NCBI GenBank assembly: GCA_038065655.1
Contig: JBBTQO010000009.1
Location: 218-64,217, forward strand
Reading direction: 5' to 3'
Origin: Patescibacteria group bacterium
GTDB taxonomy: Bacteria > Patescibacteriota > Minisyncoccia > Phycocordibacterales > WO2-35-19
Length of the DNA: 64,000 bases
Positions within the stretch are counted from its first letter, which is position 1, and each line of letters starts with the position of its first letter. A program made the translations under genes and the position numbers. The notes under the pieces are model-generated. The model had not been told where the DNA came from and did not search any database. It saw only the letters and a program-made list of their open reading frames with translations. Positions 63,896 to 64,000 of this stretch are shown here, in pieces.

Positions 63896-64000
63896 CTAGA
63901 GAATTTTATCTACAATACCGTATTTCTTGGCTTCGTCTGCGGTCATGAAGAAATCACGCTCAACGTCGGTGTCTATTTTAGCAAGAGTTTGGCCAGTGTT
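63896..64000 (-). CDS. clpP: ATP-dependent Clp protease proteolytic subunit (C-terminal end; partial at window edge)
   Basis: Minus-strand translation ...[34 protein letters not shown] matches the ClpP C-terminus. Confidence 0.7.
   Translation of the reverse strand, partial: NTGQTLAKIDTDVERDFFMTADEAKKYGIVDKIL

Overview
This window reads as AT-rich, gene-dense, small-protein bacterial DNA. The gene content is compatible with a reduced-genome lineage such as the Candidate Phyla Radiation (Patescibacteria); this is an inference from the content seen (S5 directly followed by L15 with no L30, type IV pilus genes, RNase Y, many small ORFs), not a database result.

Core genes recognised:
- Six tRNAs, with a CCA-adding enzyme gene directly downstream of a tRNA cluster.
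- rpsO; a split str operon (rpsL-rpsG-[insert]-fusA); pnp; smpB; ftsH; recG; recJ; xth; rnhA; tpiA; pgk.
- A partial S10/spc ribosomal cluster (S14Z-S8-L6-L18-S5-L15-secY-adk-map), followed by ndk, a beta-CASP RNase, rny and a partial clpP.
- A type IV pilus locus: pilB, pilC and three prepilin-like genes.
- A split ComEC: the channel domain and the MBL domain are separate genes.
- Two toxin-antitoxin pairs (ParDE-like, HigBA-like), a xer-family recombinase, and a two-component system.

What stands out is a layer of small selfish or regulatory DNA on top of this core:
1. A ~55-57 nt palindromic element with a conserved loop is inserted in-frame into two unrelated genes (the ComEC-MBL gene and recG), adding a CSGPKG peptide segment to each.
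2. Four noticeably G+C-richer mini-cassettes each carry a consensus TTGACA-N17-TATA(C/A)(T/A) promoter, a strong SD, a small Cys-containing ORF (or a 30-aa peptide plus a long structured tail) and an intrinsic terminator. One is flanked by a 46-nt duplication of the rpmB 3' end.
3. A PaaX-like regulator gene sits between rpsG and fusA, bracketed by two copies of a 38-nt palindrome; a third copy lies on the higBA start.
4. Two paralogous HTH + LAGLIDADG-like proteins each sit beside a tRNA gene.
5. At least five families of GC-rich hairpin repeats keep a conserved loop or tail while their stems vary with compensatory changes.
6. Two partial gene-end duplications look like insertion footprints.

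No CRISPR array and no rRNA gene were found.
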